Notes: generated from the sequence alone by a model not told the origin. A stretch of 64,000 nucleotides of DNA from an uncultured Pseudomonadales bacterium (GCA_964422035.1 CAYQZQ010000002.1:1612-65611); one strand, 5' to 3'. Numbered from the stretch's first letter, positions 36,701 to 47,534 are shown. Made by a program: numbers and translations.

Positions 36701-38397
36701 AGATAGGAAAACTTGCAGAGAAATTACAGACGATAGAAAATACAGACTCGCGAAATGAGATGATCGTGCTTTTGGCTGATTTATTTGAAGAAGCTGATGT
36801 GGAAGAGGTGGATAAATTGGTCTATTTGAGTTTGGGTAGGTTAGGCTCTTTATTTGATAATCCGGAGTTTAATTTGGCTGAAAAACAAGTTCAAAAAGCA
36901 ATAACAAGAGCATATGAAAAAGATCTGAAGAGCGTAAATGAGCTGTATAAAGATATTGGGGATTTGGGGAAGGTAGCTGAAAAATTGGCATCAGACGATG
37001 AGGGTAATGGTTTTAGTGTTACGGAGGTGTGGGAGAGTTTAAAAAGAATAGCAGATGATAAGGGTGAGGGTAGTCAAGATAGGAAGATTCAAAATCTAGC
37101 TGACTTGTTAGATAAGATTGAGCCATTGGCGGCTAGATATGTGGTGAGAGTGGTAATTGGTAAATTGAGATTGGGGTTTTCTGATAAGACGGTTTTAGAT
37201 GCAGTTTCGTGGATGAAAAGAGGAGATAAAAGTGCCAAGGGTGAGTTAAAAAGAGCTTATCAAGTTCATCCTGATGTAGGTCGAGTTATTTATATGGCAA
37301 AGAAAGTCGGTATTGAAAAAACTGTGGAAGACACAAAGCTTGAGTTGGGAGTGCCGATAAGTCCGATGCTGTGCCAAAGATTGAAGACTACTAAAGAGAT
37401 GGTTGAGAAGATGGGTAAAGTGGCGGTGGAGCCTAAGTTTGATGGTCAAAGAGTTCAGATTCACTTTAAAAGAGATGGGAAAAAATGGAAAGCAAGAGCA
37501 TACACAAGAAACTTGGAGGAAATAAGCCATATGTTGCCTGAGTTGGACAGGTTGAGTGAGGAGGTAGAAGTGGATGAGTTAATTTTGGACAGTGAAGCGG
37601 TGGGATATGATCCTGAAACAGGTGAGATGTTGTCTTTTCAGAAAACTATGACGAGAAAAAGAAAACATGAAGTTCAAAGTCAGGCGGATAAGATTCCTTT
37701 AAAGTTTTATGTTTTTGATGTTTTATATATTGATGGAGAGAGCCTGGTTGACAAAGGTTATCAAGAAAGAAGGAAAAGGTTACAAGAGGTTGTTGGTAAA
37801 GGAGATTTGTTAATTGTTGATGAGCATTGGGAGACTGATGATGCAGATGCAATTAGAGAGCGTCATCATCAACTGGTCAATAGAGGACTGGAGGGAGTAA
37901 TTGTGAAAAAACTTGATAGTAAGTATGTGCCAGGCAGAACAGGCTGGAGATGGGTGAAGATGAAAGAAGATGAAGATTCTCACGCGAAGTTGATTGATAC
38001 TGTTGATTGTGTGGTGATGGGTTATTACAAGGGAAAGGGAAAAAGAGCGCAGTTTGGAGTGGGGGCCTTTTTGGCAGGGGTGAGAAAAGAGAAAGACATT
38101 GTAACTATTACAAAAGTGGGAACGGGATTGACGGATGATCAATTTAAGGATTTAAAAGATAGGCTTGATAAATTAGAGGTGAAAGATAAACCTAAAGAAT
38201 ACAAAGTTGATAAGAATATGGAGCCTGATGTCTGGGTTTCAGCTGATTTGATGGTTGAGCTTGCGGCTGATGAGGTGACAAAAAGTCCTATACATACTGC
38301 GGGCGTAGCACTTCGTTTTCCAAGACTGATTCGATTTAGGGATGATAAAAATGTTGATCAAGCAACTTCTTTGGAGGAAGTTGAGAGCATGAGTTAA
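36697..38397 (+). CDS. ATP-dependent DNA ligase
   Basis: EPKFDGQR (motif I), LDSE, FDVLY, EGVIVK, WVKMK, LRFPR; N-terminal DNA-binding domain. Confidence 0.95.
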   Translation: MKIGKLAEKLQTIENTDSRNEMIVLLADLFEEADVEEVDKLVYLSLGRLGSLFDNPEFNLAEKQVQKAITRAYEKDLKSVNELYKDIGDLGKVAEKLASDDEGNGFSVTEVWESLKRIADDKGEGSQDRKIQNLADLLDKIEPLAARYVVRVVIGKLRLGFSDKTVLDAVSWMKRGDKSAKGELKRAYQVHPDVGRVIYMAKKVGIEKTVEDTKLELGVPISPMLCQRLKTTKEMVEKMGKVAVEPKFDGQRVQIHFKRDGKKWKARAYTRNLEEISHMLPELDRLSEEVEVDELILDSEAVGYDPETGEMLSFQKTMTRKRKHEVQSQADKIPLKFYVFDVLYIDGESLVDKGYQERRKRLQEVVGKGDLLIVDEHWETDDADAIRERHHQLVNRGLEGVIVKKLDSKYVPGRTGWRWVKMKEDEDSHAKLIDTVDCVVMGYYKGKGKRAQFGVGAFLAGVRKEKDIVTITKVGTGLTDDQFKDLKDRLDKLEVKDKPKEYKVDKNMEPDVWVSADLMVELAADEVTKSPIHTAGVALRFPRLIRFRDDKNVDQATSLEEVESMS

Positions 38398-38427
38398 GTT
38401 TAAAAAAGATGATGTATATTGAATAGT

Positions 38428-40989
38428 ATGGATAAGTGGCTTGAGGGTCTAAGTTCTAATGAAGCAAAAAAGAGAATTGGTGAGTATGGTGAAAATAAGA
38501 TTGCTGGCAAAAAGAGGTTGGTGGGATTAAAGATATTTTTAAATCAGTTTAAGTCACCTCTGGTTTATGTTTTACTTTTTGCTGCTATAGTAACGTTTTT
38601 TTTGGGAGAGTATATTGATACAGGGGTAATTCTGTTTGCAGTAGTGGTGAATACAGTTTTAGGTTTTATTCAAGAATATCGAGCAGAAAAGAGCTTGGAA
38701 GCTTTGAAAGATGTTTTATCTCCTAAAGCTCAAGTATATCGAGATGGGGAATTAAAAATGATTGAGGTGGAAAAGTTAGTTCCAGGTGATGTGGTGTTTT
38801 TATCAGATGAGCACAAAGTACCAGCTGATGGGGTTTTAATTAAGGAAGACGGATTGTTTACTGGTGAAGCAGTTTTGACAGGTGAGAGTGCACCGGTTGA
38901 GAAATTTGATTGTGAAGATGAGAAGTGTAAAGGGGTTGAAGAAATTGAGAAATTAAGGGGATTTTTTGATCAAATTGACAACAAGTACTTGGCTTTTATG
39001 GGTACGGAGGTAAAAATGGGAGTAGGAAAGATGCTAGTGGTGAGGACTGGCGGAGAGACGGAGATGGGGAAGGTTGCTAGTTCAATTAAAGAAGCTCCTG
39101 AAGAAAAAACTCCTTTGCAAGAGAAGGTGGCAAAGTTAAGTAGGCAATTGGCAATTTTGGTTGGAATAATTTCAACAGCTGTTTTGGTGATTGGCTTGTC
39201 AGTAGGTGATGAGTTGGCTGAGATTTTTCCTACGGCTGTAGCTTTGGCGGTGGCAGCCATTCCTGAAGGATTGGTTGTGTCGTTGACAGTAATATTGGCA
39301 ATTGGAATGCAGAAAATACTAAAAAGGAATGCTGTGGTGAGAAAGTTAACTGCAGCTGAGACCTTGGGAAGTGTGGACGTTATTTGTGCTGATAAGACAG
39401 GAACATTAACAGAGGGCAAGATGAGAGTTACGCAAGCAATTACTGGTTTGAGTGGAGAAGAAGAGAGTGATGTTCGAGAGCTAGTTAAAGCAACAGTTTT
39501 ATGTAATGACCATCGTGATCCATTGGAGGTGGGTATGAGTGAGTGGGCGCATAGAAAAGGTAAAGAGCTTGAGATAAATGTATCTTCTTTAGACGAAGAG
39601 TATAGCAGAGTTGATGGTATTCCTTTTACATCTAAAAATCGCTATAAGGCCACTTTAAATGAATATGAGGATAAACAAAGATTTTATATTAGCGGGGCTC
39701 CAGAGTTAGTTGTTGAAAAAACAACACTAAGTGATGATGAGAAGAAGAAGTGGAAAGAAAGATTTGCTGCTATGGGAAGTAAAGGATATCGATTGGTTGG
39801 TTTTGGTTATAAAGATGTAGAAGGAGAAAAAAAAGTTTTAGAGGATAAGTTGAAGGATATGAAGTGGATGGGGTTTTTGGCTTATGAAGATCCGGTTAGA
39901 GAAGGAGTGGAAAGGGTAATTGAGGATGTTCAAAAGGCGGGAATATCGGTTAAGGTAATAACGGGAGACTATCGAGAGACAGCTGTGGCTATATTGCGTC
40001 AGATTGGCTTGTTGGGCGATGATGTGGAAGGGAAGGTTGTTGAGGGATCTGAGCTGGAGGGGTTAAGTAGTAAAGAGTTGGCTAAGTTGATCGATGAGGT
40101 GGTTTTGTTTGCTAGAACAAGCCCTGAACAGAAGTTGAAAATAGTGAAAGCTCTCAAGGAGAAAGATCATGTTGTGGCGATGACGGGAGATGGTGTGAAT
40201 GATGCTCCAGCTTTGAAAAGAGCTGATATTGGAATTGTAGTAAGTAGTGCTAGCGATGTTAGTCAAGAAACTGCTGATATGGTTCTTTTAGATAACAACT
40301 TTAAAACTATTGTGGCAGCTATAAAGGAGGGGCGAGGAATTTATGATAATTTAAAGAAGATTATTGTTTATCTTTTATCTGATGCTTTTGCTGAGATTAT
40401 TGTAGTAACAGTAAGTATAGCTTTAGGATGGCCTTTGCCGTTAGTGGCGGTTCAGATCTTGTGGATTAATTTGGTAAGTGATGGTTTTCCTGATTTGGCT
40501 TTGACTGTTGAACCAAGTGAGCGAGATGTTTTGGCTGATCCACCTAGGAAAAAAAGTGAACATATTATTGATAGTGAAGTTTTGACTTTAATTATCTTGA
40601 TATCAATTGTGGCTTCATTGACAACTTTGGGAGCGTTCTTTTATTTCTGGCATGGACTAGATGCAGAAGTGATACATGCAAGAACGGTCGCATTTGCGAT
40701 GTTAGGTGTTAATTCGTTGTTTTATGTCTTTTCTTCACGCAGTTTGTCTCAGCCGGTGTGGCGAGTAAGAATTGGAAGGAATAAGTGGTTGCTTTGGGCA
40801 GTGTTAGTAGGTTTGATTTTGCAGGTATCAGTGATATACGTGCCTGTTTTACAGCATGTGTTTCAAACAGTGGCTTTGGGATGGTTTGAATGGGGAGTTG
40901 TGGTGGGAGGGTCACTTTTATTGATGGCTGTGGTTGAGGGTGTGAAGTTTGCTTATACAAGTGATAAATGGTTGAATAAAAAAAGATGA
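38428..40989 (+). CDS. P-type cation-transporting ATPase (type IIA, Ca2+-like)
   Basis: TGES, IPEGL, DKTGTLT, TGD, GDGVNDAPAL, ILWINLVSDG. Start moved to ATG 38428. Confidence 0.95.
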   Translation: MDKWLEGLSSNEAKKRIGEYGENKIAGKKRLVGLKIFLNQFKSPLVYVLLFAAIVTFFLGEYIDTGVILFAVVVNTVLGFIQEYRAEKSLEALKDVLSPKAQVYRDGELKMIEVEKLVPGDVVFLSDEHKVPADGVLIKEDGLFTGEAVLTGESAPVEKFDCEDEKCKGVEEIEKLRGFFDQIDNKYLAFMGTEVKMGVGKMLVVRTGGETEMGKVASSIKEAPEEKTPLQEKVAKLSRQLAILVGIISTAVLVIGLSVGDELAEIFPTAVALAVAAIPEGLVVSLTVILAIGMQKILKRNAVVRKLTAAETLGSVDVICADKTGTLTEGKMRVTQAITGLSGEEESDVRELVKATVLCNDHRDPLEVGMSEWAHRKGKELEINVSSLDEEYSRVDGIPFTSKNRYKATLNEYEDKQRFYISGAPELVVEKTTLSDDEKKKWKERFAAMGSKGYRLVGFGYKDVEGEKKVLEDKLKDMKWMGFLAYEDPVREGVERVIEDVQKAGISVKVITGDYRETAVAILRQIGLLGDDVEGKVVEGSELEGLSSKELAKLIDEVVLFARTSPEQKLKIVKALKEKDHVVAMTGDGVNDAPALKRADIGIVVSSASDVSQETADMVLLDNNFKTIVAAIKEGRGIYDNLKKIIVYLLSDAFAEIIVVTVSIALGWPLPLVAVQILWINLVSDGFPDLALTVEPSERDVLADPPRKKSEHIIDSEVLTLIILISIVASLTTLGAFFYFWHGLDAEVIHARTVAFAMLGVNSLFYVFSSRSLSQPVWRVRIGRNKWLLWAVLVGLILQVSVIYVPVLQHVFQTVALGWFEWGVVVGGSLLLMAVVEGVKFAYTSDKWLNKKR

Positions 40990-42023
40990 CTACGTTGACG
41001 GTTTTGAAAATTTTACTGATGATGATGGGGGCTTTTATCTTGATTAAGGCATCTAATATTGTGGTTAAGGGTCTGAATCGTTTGTCAAAAACGGCTCATT
41101 GGAGGAAGTTTGGGATAGCAGCTGTAATTTTAGCTTTATCGACCAGTTTACCGGAGTTGTCGGTAGGGATTATTACTGCAATTAATAAAACACCCGCCTT
41201 AAGTTTGGGGAATGTGGTGGGAAGTAATGTGGCAAATATTTCACTTGTAATGGGTGGGGCGGCTTTGATGTCGGGTAGTGTGGCGGTGATAGGAAGTTAC
41301 TTAAAAAGAGATTTTATTTTGGCTTTTTTGGCGGGCAGTTTACCACTTTTGTTGTTGATGGATGGAAAGCTGGGAAGAGTGGACGGGGTTATTTTGTTAT
41401 CTGCATATGGATATTATCTTTTTTCTGTGGTTCACAAAAAACATGTTAAGGCAATGAGGACAGATAAAGAGGGTTTAATGGGAAGGTTTTTAAGAAAATT
41501 TGAAGTATTGGGTAAGTCGTCAGTGAGAAAGTCAATGGTGCAGGTCATGTTAGGATTGGGGCTCCTATTGTTTTCGGGTCAGGTTATTGTGAGGTTGGGT
41601 ATTCAGGTAGCTGAGGATTTACATATGCCAGTACTATTGGTAGGTTTATTTATAGTGGCGGTCGGAACTAGTTTGCCAGAATTGGTTTTGGCGACAAAAG
41701 CGATTGCTGAAAAGGAGGTTGCGTTAGTTTTTGGGAACTTATTGGGAAGCACGGTTGCTAATTCGACATTGATTATTGGTTTGGTGGCAGTTTTGTCTCC
41801 GATTGAAATTGTTGCGGTTCGTTCTTATTTTTTGGCTACGATTGCTTATATTATCTTATTTTGGCTTTTTTGGTTGTTTACAAAAACAAAGAAAAGGCTG
41901 GATAGATGGGAAGGTGCTTTGTTGCTAGTGGGTTATTTGTTGTTTTTAGGGTTGGAGTTGATAAAAGAGAATGGATGGGGGTTGGGGCTACCGAATTGGT
42001 TTCAGTGGATATTGGGAAGGTAG
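40986..42023 (+). CDS. Sodium:calcium antiporter (CaCA family)
   Basis: Duplicated alpha repeats STSLPEL..GNVVGSN and GTSLPEL..GNLLGS. Confidence 0.92.
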   Translation: MTTLTVLKILLMMMGAFILIKASNIVVKGLNRLSKTAHWRKFGIAAVILALSTSLPELSVGIITAINKTPALSLGNVVGSNVANISLVMGGAALMSGSVAVIGSYLKRDFILAFLAGSLPLLLLMDGKLGRVDGVILLSAYGYYLFSVVHKKHVKAMRTDKEGLMGRFLRKFEVLGKSSVRKSMVQVMLGLGLLLFSGQVIVRLGIQVAEDLHMPVLLVGLFIVAVGTSLPELVLATKAIAEKEVALVFGNLLGSTVANSTLIIGLVAVLSPIEIVAVRSYFLATIAYIILFWLFWLFTKTKKRLDRWEGALLLVGYLLFLGLELIKENGWGLGLPNWFQWILGR

Positions 42024-42027
42024 AAAT

Positions 42028-43434
42028 TTATTTGGATTTTTTGTTTTTCAGGAAAAAATAACCTAGAGATGAGATGAGCATGGTGATGCCTGAGATTAGC
42101 CAGGTTGAACCAGGAATGCGAGAGATTCCTTTTAGTTTTTTGGAAGTTTTGGGAAAGGGTTTTTTGGTTCTGCTTTGAAGCTGATTGATTTTGTTTATAA
42201 GAAAGTCTTTTGTTTTGCCGGTAGTGACTTTTGTAGTTAAGTTGATTAGGGTGTTTTTTTGTTTTTGAGTGGGGGTTGGTTTTTGTACAATTAATTTTTG
42301 ATATGCAAGAGTGGTTTTTTTAACTATGTTTGACCAGCTGAGCTTAGAGACACGGTCTTGTGCGTTTTGGCAAAGATTTTTATATTCCTGATCTGATAAT
42401 TGGCAGACTCGTTGGATTTTTTGGGCAAATTCTTGAGGAGAGGTGTTTATATCGAGTTTATAACCAACGTCTTTATTGATGAGTTGGTCAATCGTTTCGT
42501 TTGAAAGTCCAAGTACGGGTGTGCCGGAAGCTAGGGACTCGATTACTGCCAGGCTTTGAACCTCTTTTTTTGATGCTGAAACGAAAAGATGAGAGTTTGA
42601 GAGGTAGTGGGGAATTTTATCATGATCAACTTTGCCAAGGAATTTAACATTGTCTAGATTATTATCTTGGCAGTACTTTTTTAATTTATCGGCAAAGTTA
42701 GGATTAAGTGGGGTTCCAAGGAGTTGAAGTTGGTAGTTTTTTGGTAGAAACTTCATGACTTTAATTAAAAAATCTTGATTTTTTCGCTCTGCTAGGTAGC
42801 CGATGAAGATTAGAGTTTTTTGTTTTTGCTTTATATCTGGAAAGTTTAGTGATCGGTATTTTTCGAGGTTTCTGCCATTAGGAATCATAAATATTTTCCC
42901 TTTGTAATTGAATTGGCGGATTGATTCGGCCGCGATTTGATTGAGGGCGATTAGGGCATCACAGTTTTTATAGAAATCGGAAAGAATTCTTTTGGTGATA
43001 GCTTCACTGAAAGATTCAGGAATAATTTTGATGTTTAGGGCTTCATTGGTGCCAAATTCAAGCGCTTTTGAGGGAAGAATGTGAGCTGTGTGAACAAAGG
43101 GGACTAGATTCATTTTTGCCCATATTTGTCCGATTAGGCCTAGTAGGACAGGGTCGTGGGCGTGTATTACATCAGGTTGAAAATCATTTAGAAAGTTAAA
43201 TATCTCTTTGACTGTTTTTTGGGAAAGATTGGGGAAGTGAATATCTTTTTGTTCTGCACTTTTGACTCCAAAAGATTTAAGACCGTGCTTGGTTGTTTGT
43301 AGGCCGGTTTCTTGAGCGGGGTAGATTATTGCTGTTTGGTGGGATTTGGCAAAACTTTGAGCAAGTTCGTGAGCTACTCTACCTGCTCCACCACCGGTTT
43401 CCTCTTTAAATTGAGATGTGAATACTACTTTCAT
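42028..43434 (-). CDS. GT4 family glycosyltransferase with C-terminal membrane anchor
   Basis: GGAGRV, PDVIHAH, IPNG, RKNQ, EVQSLAVIESLASGTPV; C-terminal TM helix. Confidence 0.88.
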   Translation of the reverse strand: MKVVFTSQFKEETGGGAGRVAHELAQSFAKSHQTAIIYPAQETGLQTTKHGLKSFGVKSAEQKDIHFPNLSQKTVKEIFNFLNDFQPDVIHAHDPVLLGLIGQIWAKMNLVPFVHTAHILPSKALEFGTNEALNIKIIPESFSEAITKRILSDFYKNCDALIALNQIAAESIRQFNYKGKIFMIPNGRNLEKYRSLNFPDIKQKQKTLIFIGYLAERKNQDFLIKVMKFLPKNYQLQLLGTPLNPNFADKLKKYCQDNNLDNVKFLGKVDHDKIPHYLSNSHLFVSASKKEVQSLAVIESLASGTPVLGLSNETIDQLINKDVGYKLDINTSPQEFAQKIQRVCQLSDQEYKNLCQNAQDRVSKLSWSNIVKKTTLAYQKLIVQKPTPTQKQKNTLINLTTKVTTGKTKDFLINKINQLQSRTKKPFPKTSKKLKGISRIPGSTWLISGITMLISSLGYFFLKNKKSK

Positions 43435-43471
43435 TGCTGGTATTGCATCGAATAATTATTTACAATTGTAC

Positions 43472-43990
43472 ATGATGATGTTGGTTATAGGTTTGGGCAA
43501 TCCAGGTGAGAAATATAAAGGCACAAGGCATAATGTGGGTTGTATGGTTGTTGATAAGTTAAGTGAGGAGTTGGGCTTGAAATTTTCAGAAAAGGGGAAG
43601 TTTAATGCTGAAATTGCAAAAGGGGAAGAAATGGTTTTGGTTAAGTCGTTGAGTTTTATGAATAAGTCAGGAGAAGTAGTTAGTAGGTTAGTGAATTTTT
43701 ATAAAGTGTCTTTGGATGATGTTGTGGTGGTGTTTGATGATCTTGATTTGAGACTGGGAAGTTTTAAGATTCAAAAGAAAAAAGGGCCAGGAGATCATAA
43801 TGGTTTGCTTTCTATTGAGCGACAACTTGGTGATGATGATTTTTGGAGAATAAGAATGGGAATAGATAATAGAGAGAACCGGGAGATGGAGGGGAAGGAT
43901 TATGTGCTTGATAGGTTTGCAAAAGATGAAAAAGAGAAAATTGGTAAAGTGATAGAAGAGGTTGTTGATGAATTAATGAAAAGAAGATAA
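43472..43990 (+). CDS. pth: Peptidyl-tRNA hydrolase
   Basis: GLGNPG.KY..TRHNVG, FMNKSG, DDLD, HNGL, R.RMGI. Confidence 0.95.
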   Translation: MMMLVIGLGNPGEKYKGTRHNVGCMVVDKLSEELGLKFSEKGKFNAEIAKGEEMVLVKSLSFMNKSGEVVSRLVNFYKVSLDDVVVVFDDLDLRLGSFKIQKKKGPGDHNGLLSIERQLGDDDFWRIRMGIDNRENREMEGKDYVLDRFAKDEKEKIGKVIEEVVDELMKRR

Positions 43991-45204
43991 TGCATTTGGG
44001 TCCTTTAGATATACATTTTGGGTGGAGGCAAAAAAGAATTAGTGGTTTGCAAGCGTTTTATTGGAATATTTTGTTTAGGTCTTTGGCTATGGGGTTGATT
44101 GGGGTATTTGCTCCAGTGTTTGTTTTTTTGACGATGAAGGGTGTGGGGGGTAGTTGGATTGTTGGAGTGAGGTGGGTGATGGTGTTTGTATTGGTGCAGC
44201 GGGTTGTTGTTTGGCTGGGAGCGATTAAAACTGGTCAGATTATTGAAAAAATTGGATATAGGTGGGGAATATTGTGGGGAGTAGTTTTCCAGATATTGAT
44301 GTTGTTGTTTTTATTGGTGTCTGAGGGAGATCATAGATGGTTGTTGGTGGCGGCAATTATGTCTGGAATGGTAATTTTGTTTTACTGGATTTCTCGCTTG
44401 TCTCTATTTTCAGATGATGGAGTTGAGGAGGAGTTTGGAGAAGAGATGGGAGTGGTAACAATGCTAGAAAGAGGGTCCTCTATTTTGGCACCATTTTTGG
44501 GTGGGGTAATTATTGCGGGGTTTGGTTTTAGGATGTTGTTTGCGTTGGGAGTGGTGTTGCTGCTTGTGTCGATAGTTCCTTTGTTTTTCATGCCATATCA
44601 TGAACATGCGGATGGGATTTCATGGAGTCACTTTGTAAAGTTTTTGAAGAAAAAGAATAATAAAAAGTTAGTTCTTGGTTTTTTTGGAAGAGGAATGGAG
44701 GATTTGGTCACAATCTGGATCTGGCCTTTATTTGCATTTATCATCATTGGCACCTTTGAAGGATTAGGAGCAGTTACCTCAATAGTAATGGTGGTATCGT
44801 TATTGACGGCTTTTATGGTTGGTAAGTTGTTTGATAGAAATAGAGCCAAAGGAGGACTTGAGGATGAAAAAATTTATTGGATAGGAAGTGTAGTTACAGC
44901 TGTGACAAGATTTACAAGAAGTTTTGCCAGTTCAATGTGGGGTGTGGTGGGTTGGGATTCTTTAACTAAGATTGCAGCTCCGTTTTATTGGATCCCGTTT
45001 GGTAGCTATAGAGCTGTGGCAGCGGGAAAGGTCTCTCCAGTTGAGTTTTTTAGCTATCGAGCAATGATTTATTCGTTGGGTAGTGCAGCAATGGCTTTGT
45101 TGTCGGTACTGATGATTGGTTGGTCGGCAGGTTGGAGTTGGATATTTGGAGTAGGAGCATTAGGAGTGCTTTTGGGATTGGGAATGAGTCAAGAGAGTAA
45201 TTGA
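43990..45204 (+). CDS. MFS-type transporter
   Basis: About 12 TM helices, G.IIEKIGYR loop, ILAPFLGG. Confidence 0.8.
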   Translation: MHLGPLDIHFGWRQKRISGLQAFYWNILFRSLAMGLIGVFAPVFVFLTMKGVGGSWIVGVRWVMVFVLVQRVVVWLGAIKTGQIIEKIGYRWGILWGVVFQILMLLFLLVSEGDHRWLLVAAIMSGMVILFYWISRLSLFSDDGVEEEFGEEMGVVTMLERGSSILAPFLGGVIIAGFGFRMLFALGVVLLLVSIVPLFFMPYHEHADGISWSHFVKFLKKKNNKKLVLGFFGRGMEDLVTIWIWPLFAFIIIGTFEGLGAVTSIVMVVSLLTAFMVGKLFDRNRAKGGLEDEKIYWIGSVVTAVTRFTRSFASSMWGVVGWDSLTKIAAPFYWIPFGSYRAVAAGKVSPVEFFSYRAMIYSLGSAAMALLSVLMIGWSAGWSWIFGVGALGVLLGLGMSQESN

Positions 45205-45213
45205 TAAAAATAT

Positions 45214-45555
45214 ATGGTTAATAAAAAAAACAAGAAAGACGAAAAAGAGAGAGGCGGAGAGGTAAAGAGTATAAGCAATATCTTGGATAATTATACGGTT
45301 GAGAAAGAGAAGCAGAGGAGGATCAGTCAGGAGTTTCAAGATTATGCTTATAGATTGGCTTTAGAGCTTGATGATGAGAAGCACAAGAGCTTGTATATGA
45401 AATTAGCCAAAGAAAAGGATAGAGCCTTACTGGAAGAGGTTAAAAGCTTTGTTAAGGGGGCATCAGATGTTGAAAATAAGGGAGCTCTGTTTATGTGGAA
45501 GTTAAAGCATTTGGAACAGGAAAGAAAAAAGAAAAAAGAAAATGAGATTGAGTAG
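45214..45555 (+). CDS. Hypothetical helical protein
   Basis: 113 aa, SQEFQDYAYRLA.ELDD.KHKSLY.KLAK...GALFMWK; overlaps the next gene. Confidence 0.7.
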   Translation: MVNKKNKKDEKERGGEVKSISNILDNYTVEKEKQRRISQEFQDYAYRLALELDDEKHKSLYMKLAKEKDRALLEEVKSFVKGASDVENKGALFMWKLKHLEQERKKKKENEIE

Positions 45556-46048
45556 AGATTTTTATAAAAAAAATGTGATTGAGGTAGCTGAGAATTTATT
45601 GGGAAAGAAGTTGGTTAGGGAATTTGAGAGCGGAGAGAGATTTGAAGATTTGATAGCGGAGGTTGAGGCATATGGCGGAGAAGAAGACCTGGCTTCTCAT
45701 GCAAGATTTGGCAAGACGGATAGAAATAAAATTATGTATGACAAGCCGGGATTGGTGTATGTGTATTTGATTTATGGAATGCACTGGATGCTTAATGTGG
45801 TAACTGGAAAGGAAGGTGGCGCGCAAGCAGTTTTAATAAGGGGAACAAAGAAAATATCTGGACCAGGCAAATTGGGTAATAAGCTTGAGCTGGACAGGAG
45901 TTTTTATGGTGAAGATCTGGTGGAAAGTAGTAGGATCTGGCTTGAGGAGGGAGAGGGGGTAGGTGATGATGAAATTAGTCGTAAATTGAGGGTAGGGGTA
46001 GATTATGCGGGAGAATGGGCCATGAAAAAGTGGCGATTGGTATGGTAG
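45542..46048 (+). CDS. DNA-3-methyladenine glycosylase (MPG/AAG family)
   Basis: LLGK.LV, EVEAYGG..D.ASH, YVYLIYGMHWMLNVV, AVLIR, GPGKL, RVGV. Confidence 0.93.
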   Translation: MRLSRDFYKKNVIEVAENLLGKKLVREFESGERFEDLIAEVEAYGGEEDLASHARFGKTDRNKIMYDKPGLVYVYLIYGMHWMLNVVTGKEGGAQAVLIRGTKKISGPGKLGNKLELDRSFYGEDLVESSRIWLEEGEGVGDDEISRKLRVGVDYAGEWAMKKWRLVW

Positions 46049-46057
46049 ACTAAAAAA

Positions 46058-46951
46058 GTGAGTAAAGTGAAGAAAGCAGTTATCCCAGCAGCAGGATTTG
46101 GCACGAGATTTTTGCCCCAAACCAAAGCTATGCCTAAAGAGATGCTTCCGATAGTGGACAAGCCGGTAATTCAGTATGTTGTAGAGGAGTTGGTTGAGGC
46201 TGGTATTAGAGATATCATTATGGTGACTGGATATCATAAAAGAAGTATTGAGGATCATTTTGATGAGCCAAGCGATGCTTTGGTTGATAATTTAAAAATG
46301 GCTGGGGATAGAAAGAAACACTTACTGGAGGATGTTAAAGAGGTTTCAAATTTGGCCAACTTTGTTTATGTAAGACAAAAAGGTCCTTATGGTAATGGAA
46401 CTCCTCTTTTGAATGTGAGACATTTGATTGGTGATGAGCCATTTATTTATACCTGGAGTGATGACTTTATTTGGTCAGAGAAGGGTCAGACTAAGCAATT
46501 AATTGAAGCTTATGAAAAGTATGGAGTAAGTTGTATGGCTAGTATTAAAGCTGAGGAAGACGAGGATTATAATCGATATGGATTTGCGGGAGGGCATGAG
46601 ATAGAGGAGGGAATAATTGATATAGATAAGATTGTCGAGAAGCCTGGCAAGGATAAGGCTCCGTCTGATTTGGCTAATGTGAGCGGGCACTTGTTTACAC
46701 CTCAGATATTTGATTATTTGGAGCCGGCTCTAAAGAGTAGGGGTGAGGGAGAAGAGCTGTATTATAATGATGCTTTAAAGTTGATGCTTGAAGATGGAAT
46801 TAGAATACTGGCGGTAGAGATTCAAGGAGGGACTTATTACGATACGGGTAATAAGTTGGAGTATTTGAAAACAGTGGTGGATTTTGCACTAAGACATGAG
46901 AAGATTAATGGAAGGTTTAGAAAATTTTTGGAAAAAGTAGTGAGTGAGTGA
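46058..46951 (+). CDS. galU: UTP--glucose-1-phosphate uridylyltransferase
   Basis: KAVIPAAGFGTRFLPQTKAMPKEMLPIVDKP, IVEKP, YDTG. Confidence 0.93.
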   Translation: MSKVKKAVIPAAGFGTRFLPQTKAMPKEMLPIVDKPVIQYVVEELVEAGIRDIIMVTGYHKRSIEDHFDEPSDALVDNLKMAGDRKKHLLEDVKEVSNLANFVYVRQKGPYGNGTPLLNVRHLIGDEPFIYTWSDDFIWSEKGQTKQLIEAYEKYGVSCMASIKAEEDEDYNRYGFAGGHEIEEGIIDIDKIVEKPGKDKAPSDLANVSGHLFTPQIFDYLEPALKSRGEGEELYYNDALKLMLEDGIRILAVEIQGGTYYDTGNKLEYLKTVVDFALRHEKINGRFRKFLEKVVSE

Positions 46952-47531
46952 TAAGCTTAGCTTAATGACAAATTGGGGTAAGGAAAGAAAGTTAATAGCT
47001 CATCAATTGGTTTTATTTGGTGTTTTGTTGTCTTTGACTGGTTGGAGGCTGTTGACGGATAAGTGGAACTTGGGAATGGATGTATATAAGTGGTGGATGG
47101 GGGCTGTGGTGGGGTTTTTGTTTGTATTTACTGACAGGCTGGTTTGGGCATTTTGGCAGAAACCGGATGAGACTTTGGCAGTAAAGATGAAGGAGTTGTT
47201 TTCGGGTGGAAAGTTGTTGGAGGGGTTGATTTTATCTTTAGAAGAGAGGCGAGAGCAGAAAAAGATGATGATCAGGAGTATTTTGTTTTTGGTGATTTGG
47301 ATTGTGCTGACGATTTTGGTGTTAACGAGTACTGTTAGAAGTTTTCCCAGAGGGTTTATGTTGGGGATGGGTTTGCATTTAGGATTTGATTTGATCAGTG
47401 ATTATCTAGGTAAGGGAAGAGATGTTAAGTGGTGGATGTGGCAAGTAAAGGGGGAGTGGGGAGATAGAGAGATAAACTGGATTGTATGGGGGTATATGTT
47501 TTTCTTGGTTGTTTTGGGGCTTTCTTTGTAG
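46944..47531 (+). CDS. Hypothetical multi-pass membrane protein
   Basis: About five hydrophobic helices; GMGLHL..D. Confidence 0.7.
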   Translation: MSDKLSLMTNWGKERKLIAHQLVLFGVLLSLTGWRLLTDKWNLGMDVYKWWMGAVVGFLFVFTDRLVWAFWQKPDETLAVKMKELFSGGKLLEGLILSLEERREQKKMMIRSILFLVIWIVLTILVLTSTVRSFPRGFMLGMGLHLGFDLISDYLGKGRDVKWWMWQVKGEWGDREINWIVWGYMFFLVVLGLSL

Positions 47532-47534
47532 GGC

